In this document: positions 24,681 to 36,799 of the stretch, in pieces
Layout: the number at the start of each line of letters is the position of its first letter
How positions within the stretch are numbered: the stretch's first letter is position 1
NCBI GenBank assembly: GCA_964016885.1
Contig: OZ024740.1
Span: 150,040,001-150,104,000, forward strand
Direction of reading: 5' to 3'
DNA from: Eledone cirrhosa
Taxonomy: Eukaryota
Length of the DNA: 64,000 nucleotides
The notes under the pieces: model-generated
Told to the model about the DNA's origin: nothing
The model's database searches: none
Seen by the model: only the letters and a program-made list of their open reading frames with translations
Position numbers and translations under genes: made by a program

Positions 24681-26399
24681 TACAACAGCATTTGTCTGAC
24701 ATTCTTTGTTCAACGCATTAACGTTTTGCTGGACAACAGTAGCCACCTCACAAATAAATTTACCACACTCTAATCTACCAGTCATACACCTCCAGATTCT
24801 CAAAAAGAACATGGACTATTAGAACCTTAAATTAAATAAATGTTAAATGTAAATTAAATAACCAAAGGAAGTACAGTTATTAATAAATTAGTATAAGTGA
24901 TGCAAGTTTATTAATAATTTACTGTGTAAGATATTTTACTGCACAGGTAACATTATCAGGTAAGCAGAATTAATAAAACAAAATTATTAAGCAATGATTA
25001 AATGTAAAATTATTGATTACTCTACTTACAAAGAATATTATAGCACTGTTGCTCCCAAATTGGCAAATTTTATCATTTTACTGAAACGGTAAAATTTGTC
25101 ACAAAGGTCTGAAAGTAAAGGGTTGACAGGATTATTATCTTGGATTTCTATTATTTTGGCTTATATTTGTAAACATGTTATCCTAGCGAGGTCTTTATAT
25201 ATTGTGATCATGCACTGTATAATTTTTCATGTCACAAATGCCAGTTCACAAGTTCTTGATTAATTCACACAGCAGCTCGATGAAAGAATTTCATTATGAA
25301 AAGGTGCGGGCTGCTTTGATGTTTGATAATACACTCGGTGACAGCAATTTCACAGCTTTTCACTTATAAATTGAAAGCGTTGATGTTCATGAGTTGAATG
25401 TGCAAAAATGTTGCAAGACCTATTTCCCAGGTTATAACAAATAACCTCAATGAATAGAATCTGGCCGAGTGAATGGATGCAGGTAAAGAAACGTCTGCTA
25501 TGCATCATCTTAGAGAGTCGGTAATTATACACACAGTTCTGAAGGCTGATAAAACATAGAAAATAATAAAGCAATCAATATTTACACAGTCTGGAGGAAG
25601 TCACTCTCCAGAACCGCAACTCTTCCAAGACGATTATCCGAACAACGAAGTATTCCGTCTTGTATCACACAGCTCTCAAGCTCTCCAACATAGCAAACTA
25701 CAATAGATCTTTCTGATTCTTTAACAGAAATATCTCCACCAATTTTGTAAAATCCTCATTTCTTTCACTTCTCAATCATGATGGTTCTCTGAGCGGTACT
25801 ACCTGAGAGAAAACCTTTATCTTCGCTGTCCATTTTATATCCAACTTACACTTAGTAAAACACCCCCAAATCTCCGCCCTTCCAGCGCACTATGTACGCT
25901 ACATACCAAATTCGAAAGTTCCTCCAATCGCTTCAAGCCGGCCGTGACAATGTCCTTCATCACTTTTAAGTAATGTACTCCAGAACTATTTCCTATAATC
26001 ACCATGCTTTTAAAACTCACTCACTACAGGAATATGGCGTGATCTTTTGGAACAGGCTACAGTATGTGTCATTCAATCCAAGTCTTTCCAAAAGGTCTGA
26101 ATTTTCAACAATTTAAGCAGAACATTAATAGCATCAACTATCCAGTGTCGGAGGAACTGCGCCTTCAAAATAAAAAATATTGCTGATTGACAATTGAACC
26201 CCAATGCATGAATTAGGTGACTGGCATATAGCATAGCCTTATTAGCCTTCTGTTGACGACAAGGCTGAAAGCAAGTTGCGATTGTGCATACGTTAGAGGT
26301 TCTAATATAAGAAAGATTTTAGAGGTTGTTGTTCTTTTTTTTAATCTTTGGCCATACTTATTGCTTTGTTGGTTTCTATTTTTTTTTTTACATAAGTAG

Positions 26400-26770
26400 T
26401 ACAACATAAAGAAGAGAAAGAAATTGAGTAAATAAAATTGTTGTGGGATTTCAATATCCAATTTGATCAAATTACTGAGGCTAGCAGACTGGATATTGTT
26501 ATCGAAAGAAATAGGAATGAAACTGCAAACTAATAAACATAGCATCCTCGGATGACAACAGAATGAGCAAGACAAGAAAAGATCAAGAAATATCAAGATA
26601 GGAAACGAGAAATTGCAAGAGTGTGAAGTATGAAAAAGTTTATCGCATTAGTCGTAGTTGCCACGCTTTGGTGCCATCATAAATAGGTTGCATCATAGTT
26701 AAAGAACATTGGAATCGAAATTCGAACCGATCTATTACAACAAAAAATCATATTATTAGGAACCACATAA
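26400..26770 (+). mobile_element. Highly decayed R4-like LINE 3' fragment
   Basis: KLLWDFNIQFD..RLDIVI and KIKKYQD motifs parallel 16970-17330. Confidence 0.55.
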
Positions 26771-27269
26771 AAGCATGAAAGGCAAAGTTAACCTCAAATT
26801 CCCACCGAGGTTAACTTTGCCTTTCATACTTACAGGGTCGATAAAATAAAGTACCAGTAGGAGAATGGATGATTGAGTCGAAAGTGAGAAACTGAAAGAG
26901 TGGGTGAGTGAGTGAGTGAGTAAACGAGTGTGTGGATGAATTGATGGGCGAGAGGGTGGGTGGTGATTGAATGAATAAAGAAGGGTGGGTGGTGATTGAA
27001 TGAATAAAGAAGCGTGTGATTTGTATGAATTAATGGATGATTAAATAATTGAATGGGTGAAGTTTCTATAATGGCCTCTTGCTTCTGAACGTTCCGCATC
27101 AATACCATTCCAATCAAAGCCATTCGCTGTACATTCCATCTTCTACTTGTTACCACCACCGAATGAGGTTATTTGATGGCAATAGGATTCTTAGTTGACA
27201 CGAATTACCTCTGGAGAGAGCTCACTACAGAAAGCAACCCTGGGAAAATGTTTCACTTGGCAAAGTAAA

Positions 27270-27570
27270 ATAATTGTTTCTACTTTTGGCACAAGGCCAG
27301 CAATTACCCCAGTACATTACTGATTTTATGGACCTCGTAAGGATGAAAGGCAAAATTAACCTCAGCGGGATTTGAACTCAGAACGCATAGGGCTATAACT
27401 CTGTGCCACAAATCATGGTGTCTGACGCTCTGCCGATACCACCAATCCACCGCTCAATGTAAAATAATTGTTTCTACTTTTGGCTCAAGGCCAGCAATTA
27501 TCTCAGTGTATTACTGGTACTTTATTTTATCGACCCCGTAAGGATGAAAGGCAAAGTTAACCTCGGCGCG
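27270..27570 (-). mobile_element. Tandem SINE copies (one complete, one partial)
   Basis: AATAATTGTTTCTACTTTTGG..GGATGAAAGGCAAA repeated; same family as 1990-2178. Confidence 0.75.
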
Positions 27571-28439
27571 GTTATCTCCGACAGTTTTTGTGCGTAAAGC
27601 ATTTGAGGTATTTGAACAAATTTCAAAATGCGACGCTTATTCAGTAAAACCAATGACTGTCAACAGCCTTATTTTGAGAGAGTTCTTCGCATATACTTAG
27701 GAATTGATATTGTTCTAGTCAGTAAAAACGGGTTGGGCTTGATACTCAATTTAAACATCTATATGTAGATGTCTGCAAGAAAAATATGAGTGGAAAGAAA
27801 ATTCCAGTTGGTTTATGTTTTGGGATGGAAGATTTAAATATTGTAATTCGTGTGGGATACTGTATGACGTCAGAAGAAAGATAGGCGTGTTGAGTAAGAT
27901 TAAGTGGAGGTGTCATGCAAATAGCATACTCTGAAGGCCACAGTTTTTTGTTGTTATTTTTTAATCAATAAGTAGATATGTATGAGATAGAAATTGTTAT
28001 TGTTGTCGTTTAGTCCAAAACATTCTCTTAACTCATATTTAAAACTACATAGGTAAAAATGAAATCTGAAGATATATAAATTGTTATTTGTAAAGTAACA
28101 GCTGATGTTTAAAAAAGTATTCTGTTATTGCGTTTTCTTTGAATGAAAGTAACGGGCGTTAACACTATTTTGAAATGTTTTTATATTTTCCTGGTATATT
28201 TTTTATATGCATTTGTTTACAATTCGTATATATCATTGATTTCTTATATAGATACATTGTCATAAATTTAGGTGGATAGGTATAAGCGATTAAATCAATC
28301 ACAGTATTTTACTAACATTTTATTTTATCGAATTAATCAGCCAATCGGCAGAGCCGTTATAGCGTCGGAATAAATGCCGTGGTATTAGTTCCGGTTATCT
28401 GCTCTTTAAGTTCAAATCCCACCGAAGTCGAGATTTGAA

Positions 28440-29150
28440 CTTAATACTTTCCAGGTCGTTAAAAAAAGTGGAATTGTTAAAAAATCTGACGTCGTACTTT
28501 GCTGCATCTAATCTGGCTCTATGCGTTCTGAGTTCAAAACGTGTCTGCGTTTTCGGTTGTGTATGGTGCTTTTTTTTTTTTTTGCTTGTCGTGGGAGTTT
28601 CTCGTCTTCACTGCGAGAAGACAGGGTTTTTGGTGTCAGATTCAGATGTGTGTGTTTGGGTTTATCTGGGTGTTTATTTGTGATTTTGTTTGGGGATGAG
28701 AGAGTGTGAGAGCTTTCCTCGCTTTCCCCTTGGGTTAATTCTGTTGTGAGTGGTGGTTTAGCTGCTGCTAGTGGTGGTGGTGCTGTTGGTCCTGCCAGAA
28801 CTGGCATTGTTGGTTGTGCGGTGGTTTGTCCTGGCGCTGGTGTTGGCAGCAATGGAGGTTAGCAACGCCCTATAATTTTCAACTGAGAAAAGGGTGACAG
28901 ATGTGTGGTTTGGCCACAAACAAAACAGTGCGGCTGTTTGCCCTCAGTAATGACTTGTATCTCACACTTGTCCGGCAGCTTGACGTGGTCTGGAATATTA
29001 CTAATGTCCCCAGGTCTGATTTAGAGAAGAATCTCCAAACCAGTCCCAAACCACATCTCCCTCTTTGTAAACTTCACATCAAGGAGGGTGTCAGGGCCCT
29101 CTGCCGCCATGCATCTCAGGAGCCACCACAGCTAGCATCCAACAAGTAAA
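28440..29150 (-). mobile_element. Tx1-like ORF1 remnant (copies at about 39550-40250 and 61760-62455)
   Basis: Minus strand IPDHVKLPDKCEIQVITEGKQPHCFVCGQTTH matches the ORF1 knuckle near 20500; Pro/Thr-rich tail. Confidence 0.65.
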
Positions 29151-29460
29151 ATGCTGTTGCTGTCAATTTTGCCTTGCGAAAAACAGTGAAAATGAGTACA
29201 CAGACTTATTTGTTGTGTCAAAAGAACTATCCATACGTGAAAGACCGACTGGTATTATTGAATAGTCCACCTTCCCACATGGAACAACGAACCTAAATAT
29301 CTCTTGTCGCTGATTTGCTAACTCCAGCATGTGTGTGAACTGAACTAACTAGTGGTGGCCTATAAAACTCCCAGTTGTCAATCATATCTTTGCATTACCT
29401 TTTTCACGGCACATCTGATAAGTTAAATGTATAGCTTTACATCTAAGAACCTAGAAATTA

Positions 29461-29649
29461 CAAACCTGTCAACTCTCGCCGTCCAACGGGGAAATCTCCC
29501 ACCCACTTTGGGGTGGGTGAAAGATAAAAGTCTTCTCTTGTGAAAATGGGTATAGGTTTCATTATGTAAAATCTCTCCATTTTGCCTCATTTCTCCCCAT
29601 TTGAGACACTTTTTTTCATGGTACTCTCCGTTTGAGGTTGGCAGGTCTG
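29461..29649. mobile_element. Small MITE-like element (copies near 40559 and 62764)
   Basis: Imperfect inverted ends CAAACCTGTCAAC / GTTGGCAGGTCTG; no clean TSD. Confidence 0.4.
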
Positions 29650-31212
29650 GAATTAGTTAAAATGTTAACACATTCAATTTCCATATTATGAGTTGATTGT
29701 TTTTATTCACACACAACTAAATACATACACCAGATGACCACAGTGCTGAACCAATAACTTCCAGAAGACAAACAATTCACCAAACACAAAGAATGGTCCC
29801 ATTACGCAATACTAATAAACTAGTCACAATGCCAAAACCTTTGTCATTGTTGTCGTTCATGCTGTTGTTACCATTATTGCAGTTATTGGTGTTGCTGTCG
29901 TTGTGGTGGTACTTGTTCACGACTGTGTTTTTACTGTTGTTTGTACTGTCGTTGTTGTCATTTTTATTTATATTAGTGTTCTCACTGTTGTTTGTGAAAG
30001 TATTGGCGATATTGCCTGACGTGTTGTTACATTTTAAAATTGTTGCGTGATGAGCAGCGTTATTAGCCTCAACGTTTGACTCGCTGTCGCACGACAGTAA
30101 ACTCACAGTTGGAGGTGGGGGCGTGGTTGGTCATGTTTTTTTCCATAAAAATTTTATTTTAAACACAGAAAGGTGTATTTGGGCCAAAAGACCCAACTAT
30201 TATATTCTTGAGGGCAAAAAACTAAAGTTTTATGCCCCTTTTGAAACAAAAAAATATTAATATTAAAGCCGTAGAAATAACAAACTTACTCGAGCTCACG
30301 ATAGTACGTCTATTCACTTCAACGATCAATAATAATAATTGTTTCTACTTTAAGAATAAGGCCAGCAATTCGAAGATGAGGGGAAAGTCGATTAAATCTA
30401 CCCCATTGCGTTTCTGGTGCTTTATTTTATCGAATAATAATATATCATTTTGTATATAACTAGGACCCTTTTCACGGAGTTTAGACAATAGTAAGAAGAA
30501 AGGAAGAAGCTATCTTTATTAGTCACGGAAGGCTGCAATGAAACACTACAAAAAGTCATTCAGTGGTCAGGTGGTGTGTTAAAGAGGGGGAAATTAAACA
30601 TACCACCAGTTCACTGCCCAAGACTGGAAATGTATTTGTCGACCCCGGACGAAAAGCAAAGTAGATTTTGGCAGGATTTAACCCAGGACGCATGGAACGT
30701 GAATAAATACCGCAAAGCATTTCACCCGACGCTCTAATGCTTCTGCCAATTCGCCGACTTCACATACAGAGAGGAAATCTATAAATAGATAGATACATAT
30801 ATATAGAGATCGTTATATTGATAGAATTATAGATACTGCATATATATGTGTGCAGCTATTCATCGATCTAACTCTTAATCAATCTTTCTATTTATCTATC
30901 CATATGTATGTCTCTCTATATATATATTATGTGTGTGTGTCTCAGTATTCCCCTCTTTCTCTCTCCCCCTGTATACCTGTATATATATATATATACTGCT
31001 ACTATTATCATTAATAATCGTAAAACTAAAATTCTATTTTTATACTCTTGTTAAGAAATGATTCAGCTGTTGCACATTTTCAAGTATTTAAATCATCATC
31101 ATCATCATCGTTTAACGTCTATCTTCCACGCTGACATAAATTTATTATTTTCTGAATTCTAACGCCAGTATCATTCAACTTGAGATATCTGGTCGGTAAG
31201 ACGCAAGAAATC

Positions 31213-31406
31213 ATGATGAACTTCATCAACGTCTCTTTCATAGCATTGGTCGTGTCATTGCTGTTTATTTCCGAACTTAGCACTCAGCTCTGCGAAACGG
31301 GTTGCCCTGATTTGTCTGAAAACTGTGAAAAAGTCCATTCGAGATGTATTCATTGTGAGGCCTGCACCCTTTTCGAAAACGAAGAATGTGGTCCAAACAC
31401 AGCAAG
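31213..31406 (+). CDS. Secreted single IGFBP-N-like (perlustrin/SIBD-like) peptide, copy 1, coding exon 1
   Basis: ATG, hydrophobic signal peptide, 7 Cys (CETGCPDLSENCEKVHSRCIHCEACTLFENEECG), strong phase-2 donor AAG|GTAAGC; conserved in copy 2. Confidence 0.82.
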
Positions 31407-32739
31407 GTAAGCAAAATTATTTACATACACTTAATTGGTGAAAATAAAATGCAGGTCCTTCGAAGGAATTTTGCGAGATGGAATGAGAATTACGTTATGC
31501 GTACAGATATCTCTGGAATGGTCAGTCATTTAACAAGCCGTTCGGTTGATAAACACTCATCGTCAAATCGGACGGAGTTCCATTCCATTGTAATAAGGCT
31601 TGTCAACAATATTAACACAATTGTTTGTGTCAATATTCTTGACAAGCTATATTACAATGGAATGGACCTCTCAGCTTGGTATCAGGTGCTCTGTCATGGC
31701 GCACCTTAAATCTCTAGTGACACACGGAGGACACTAACACTAAACCAATTTACATTTTTTGTTATCAGTAAAGTTACATTAGAAAATAGTGAAACCTATG
31801 GTGTCTATACGTGATGATTGCTTGTCATCGACATTTTAAACCTACATGAGCCAATCTCTCTCCAGATTGGAACAGAGCCGATTTGGAACAGAACGGTTGG
31901 TACTATTTAACGATCTCGAAAGGATGCAAGATCAAGTTGACTCCGGCTGGATTTGAAGGCAAAACAGAGTGAGCCGGCACAAATACCGAAGCATTTTTAA
32001 TCCGACGCCTCTAACATCCAATTCGTCGCCTCTTACATATGTATATTTTATATTCTTGAGTGTAGTGATAGGGTCACCATTATGTAGCGGATAGGATGTA
32101 TTCTTTGCAGGATGAATGATAAAAAGAACGATGAAGAATTGTGATGTTGACAACGTTTATTTTATAATAATAAAATTCACTTGTTGGTACATCGAATATT
32201 GAGTAATAAAATGGCGACAGTAATTATCACTACATTGATTGTCTTAAGAGCTACTTCGAGCTAGCGTGAATGCATGAATCAAATAAAACGATAGAGTAGA
32301 AGTTGTGTTATACTTTTCAGTACTAGAGAAATGACAGCAAGTCGAAAGGATAGATAAAGTATGGAACAATTTAAGGAAACCTACTGTGTGTGTGTGTGTG
32401 TTTATCCTCAGCATACATGCTTTCTGCAGCAGCCGTCTAGCTGGAATGAAATGTGAGAGAATAGTGGGTAGAAGACTAATTTAGTGAAGAGAATCTATAG
32501 CGTTAATAGAACTGTTCTTCTGTCGTCTGAAGTAATAACTATCTCTGGTTCGGGTCTCGAAGCGATTGTATTTATAAGAATACTATAGCTAGAAGGATGT
32601 GTATATGGTTTTTGAAACAATAGTGGCCATGTGTCTAACATCTGGGGTCACAGGTCAAGTGGTATATAGGTTTATCATAGTTGTCTTTTGACAGGACAAT
32701 GGTAAGAATTCCTAACAATAGGTGGTTGTAGAGGCAAGA

Positions 32740-33480
32740 AATTTTAGATTCGATTTCGAATCTTCGGCAGGTAAAACATAGAAGAATTCCAACAACTTAG
32801 GAATCGACATGTAATTCCTAAGTATAAAAAACCTTGGTGAGGCTCAATGGCCTCGAGGTTTTTATAGATTGCTCAAAGTTAGTCAACTTAGGTCGAAAGA
32901 TAGACTCAAAGGCTTGGTCAGTTAATGGGGATCCAAGGGAGCACCATACTGATGAATCGTTCAGGGACCAGAGTTTGTTTTGGGGACTTTAGATGTGAAG
33001 GCCCCTATCGCCCAGTTCATCAATCATCGTCTTCGCAGTTGCAAGGACCTCATCTAGAGGAACCCCAAGCAAATATCATCCGCATGGCAGATATTCAATT
33101 CCAGGTCAACTCACATCTTGGTGAGGTCATCAATACCCAGTACGAAAATAGCACGTTCAAGCAGATCACCCTGTTGGACCCTTGAGGCAAATGAAATGAT
33201 CACCGAAGGCGAGATAGTAGGGCTCCCGATAGGCTTGGCAAGAAAAATGGTAAAGCTGAGGGGACCTCTCCTTTACTGAACGAATGATGACATCCCTACT
33301 GATGAAGTTAAGGCGTCCTGATATCTAGCTTGAGGATAACCTTAGGGGTCTCGGAAGGGAAGTTGGTAAATGCTCGGGTTGCGTGAGCGGCAGCCTCACA
33401 GCCCAACTTGGTACCCACCCCTAGCTGAATATGGGAAAATTCGGCGGACAGGCAGTCTGAATCGCAGTGTGCACGCAAAT
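32740..33480 (-). mobile_element. CRE-like LINE RT remnant in intron 1
   Basis: QLGVGTKLGCEAAAHATR, ILKLDI and GVQQGD motifs. Confidence 0.75.
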
Positions 33481-33775
33481 GTGTGATTGATGCACACTCT
33501 ATATCATGCATGATACTTTAAAGAAATCGTCAGATGAAGGTTTGAGTTTGTACATTACTTCATTGAGAAAGTTGCAGTTAACAGCAATAAGACGTTTTAC
33601 TAATTTAGAGAGAAGATAAAGGAAGAGGTTTTACATCACATATATACATATCAAGACGTTAAAATCATAATTATTGATCTTTTTATTCATCTGTTATTGT
33701 TTTTATTTTGTTTTTAAATGCAAACATACAATTCTTGGATAAAATATTATTTTTCTAACTCAAATCTTATTGCAG

Positions 33776-33874
33776 TTGCTATAACGATTTCGTGTGTGTA
33801 AATGAGGAAAATGAATATTATTTGGGACTTGTACCCTTTACTGAGGAGGAGTTCATCGGAACATGTCGTCAATT
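33776..33874 (+). CDS. IGFBP-N-like peptide copy 1, coding exon 2 (ends at TAA 33876-33878 if the donor is not used)
   Basis: TTCTAAC branch site and TTGCAG| acceptor; phase matches exon 1 and gives SCYNDFVCVNEENEYYLGLVPFTEEEFIGTCRQ, completing the Cys pattern; donor TT|GTAAGA. Confidence 0.82.
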
Positions 33875-35659
33875 GTAAGAATTTTAATTCTTTAAATTTT
33901 AGCCATGATTTCATATAACCAACACTAGATATCTTTATGAATTAGAAATTAAGATCAATTTTTCTAAATATGCTTAGTTACAATTAGAGGCACAGATAAA
34001 TATTTATCTCATGCATTAACTACAACAAAACAGTCAACTGCTTAAACTTTGGTAAGCAAAGATATCTATCAATGGCTGATATACTCTTCTGGCTTAGACT
34101 GAAAATTTTGACATTGCTGGCTTTCCAAAGGATATTAGCAGAATAAGTAAAATAACCCAACAGGAAATCAAATTAGAGTTCCAGACTCATCTTTGTACCA
34201 AAGCTGATCTATTCAACAGCAATTACTAACGCTAATTACTATGCTGTAATCATACATTCACTGTATAATGATGAATTGGTATACCAATTTTAGGGTTTTG
34301 TTTAGATATGATTTTCCATTCTCTCAAATAGTGAGATACTGTATCAAGGTAGCTACCAAGTGAGAATTTAGCAGTTTGAATTCTGTGATGAAGTGAATTG
34401 CAACTCTATGGTTAAAAACATTAATTCAAAATAGTTTACTTGGTTTGACATACTCAATTCATCTTCTACAATGAATTTAGCTTGCAAATATTTGTCTAGA
34501 TTAGGCTGATTTCTATCTTAAAATTCTGTGGTGATGTAATGACTGAATAGGTTATATTCACTGCTTATTTTCCATTCTATCCAACTGGCTCATTACATTA
34601 GAAAGTCAATCCTTAGCATGACCCATATTTGCCATTAAAATTTGATTGATATTTATTGCATTGAATAACAGGACAAAACGTTAGTATATTATAGTACATT
34701 ATACATGGACATATTTAAAGGACATAGTGGTAATATATTAGTTTTCTCAGCATTAAAAAACTAATGAAATGGAAACATTTTGTAACTCTTATGAAGGTTA
34801 TAAAACTGTTATATTCAATTTGCATTTCTTTCCAGTGATCTGACCTTGCCATTCAATTGAAAATTCCTCATTTTCTAGAGTTTTATAATAGTAAACATCA
34901 TGGAATATTTTTGCTGTTTTACAATCATTCGTGCATGTTAGGATAGATAGGGAATTTTGTATTGATATTATAGAAAGTTCACTTTACAGTTGATTGACTA
35001 CCCTCTCTCCCATAAACCACAAAATTATGAACTTTGTATTTGTTTCAACAGAAATATATGCCTTGTCCAGAATACACATTGAATGTTGTAGTAAGATTTG
35101 AAGTCATGGTAAAAGTCCCCTTTTTACAAAACTTAAGGTCAATATTTAATGCTAGATTTACATCTGTAGTCTTTACCATATTTTCTGGTACCCTTTCTTG
35201 CCATCTAGGTAAACAAAAACATCTAGAATTAAATGCCCTCAACAGAGGGAAATAAATTTAAAGTGGATATGAACTCTGAAACCAGTAGCTTATCCATTTA
35301 GCTATTCTTCTCCTCTCCCCATCAAAAAAATGTTTTCCCCAATTATATTTGGGAGTAAAACTATGTAGCACAGCACAATGGTTCTTAGAATATTTAAACT
35401 AAAGACTTGCTTGTCAAAAGTGTTTAGAGATCTACTAAAAAAAAGCTGCCTAGGGCTAAACAATAAACACTTATTTCAGTTGAGAGATCACAGCTCTAAT
35501 ATTATGGACATGTAATCAGAATGTCTAAAGAAAGAATCACTGCACAGATTTTACAGTTATTCCCATACTTAAGGAATTATTTACAACAAGTCATTGACTA
35601 ATGTTCTTTTCTCATTGCATAACTATTTCTAGTTTGAATTTTAATGTAGAGAGCATTAA

Positions 35660-35868
35660 CCCTTTAGCAATTACATTACTCTATATTTACAATTATATTT
35701 TTGTGGAAAAGGCTTTATCTCACATCATATCGAATATATGAGATTTTGATATTATTTATTGTGAGAAAAAATACCTTAACATAAGTATAAGTGGCCAGCT
35801 ACAGCAGATTTGAACAGAAAGGGGTGAGAGAATTCTGGATGGATATAGCTAGTTTAAATGCTAAAGGG
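35660..35868. mobile_element. piggyBac-like MITE
   Basis: TTAA-CCCTTTAGCA ... TGCTAAAGGG-TTAA. Confidence 0.7.
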
Positions 35869-35949
35869 TTAAATTAACATTAATTTGCTTATAAAATGTG
35901 AATGTTTACTTTTTAAAATTATTTTTCTCTTTTCTACCACCACAAACAG

Positions 35950-35986
35950 AACAGATCATATGACTATGAAGTCACCATTCAATTAA
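35950..35986 (+). CDS. Candidate terminal exon of copy 1 (LTDHMTMKSPFN*)
   Basis: Pyrimidine tract plus CAG acceptor, compatible phase, followed by clustered AATAAA at 36036-36057; other acceptors also fit. Confidence 0.4.
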
Positions 35987-36799
35987 ACAGAAGATGCCTA
36001 AGATAACACCAATCAACCTATTCTAAATTTTAGAAAATAAATAAAACTATCAATAAAAAGGTAATTAAAAAACTTAATATTGCATGTTTTATTTACTGTA
36101 TTTTTCATTTTAGCAACACATCTAAAATGGATTAACTATGTTTTTAAGTTACATATCAACAAAGTGTTTATATAGACTTGATCTGTTTCCAACCTACTAA
36201 TGGAATAGTCAAATTTTAAATTAAAATCTTCCAACATAATTTTGTATAAAAACTTTTGGTGATCTACACAACAAATGCACTCAGTCCATGCTGTAAAAGT
36301 GGTTGGTGATAGGAAGGGCATCCAATCATAGAAAGCTTGCCAAACAAAAGCTTGGGATAACCCTTTAGTTGTGTTAAGGACATGATAACCTCTTTAGCGT
36401 GATCTCAACAATAAAACATGCTGTAAAGAGGACCCTTCAATTTGTGTCAAAAAACAACACATCTGGACTTGATATTACCATACATAAGCAGTACATAAGA
36501 TCAGTACACAGTTGGTTTATGTAGACCCGTCCAACCCTTGCTAGCAGAGACACTGGACATTAAATGATGATGATGATCTTTCTCATAAACATATCTTTCT
36601 TTAGAACAAAGATTCTTACATAAAATTATTATGGAAGATTTTTAGATAAATGTAAATTGTAAAAGAAAACAGTTTTGTATTGTAGAAACAGGGGTGGTTT
36701 CAAATAATGAATCTATCATCCAAAATTTCGTATTTAGGAAATAAATTTAGAAATCAAACAAAAGTTTTATAAAAACTTAAATTTATTGTTTTCAGTTTT

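Noticed and set aside
25590-26200. Coding-like sequence on the minus strand
   Set aside because: Many stops and no motif I can assign; probably an old repeat.
28508-28852. Pro/Thr-rich ORF repeated in each unit as a second host gene
   Set aside because: Continuous with a Tx1 ORF1 zinc-knuckle remnant, and the frame is not conserved between copies.
31180-31212. Upstream TTG start given by the ORF track for the peptide gene
   Set aside because: The ATG at 31213 directly precedes the signal peptide, and the track's stop at 31408 lies inside the intron donor.
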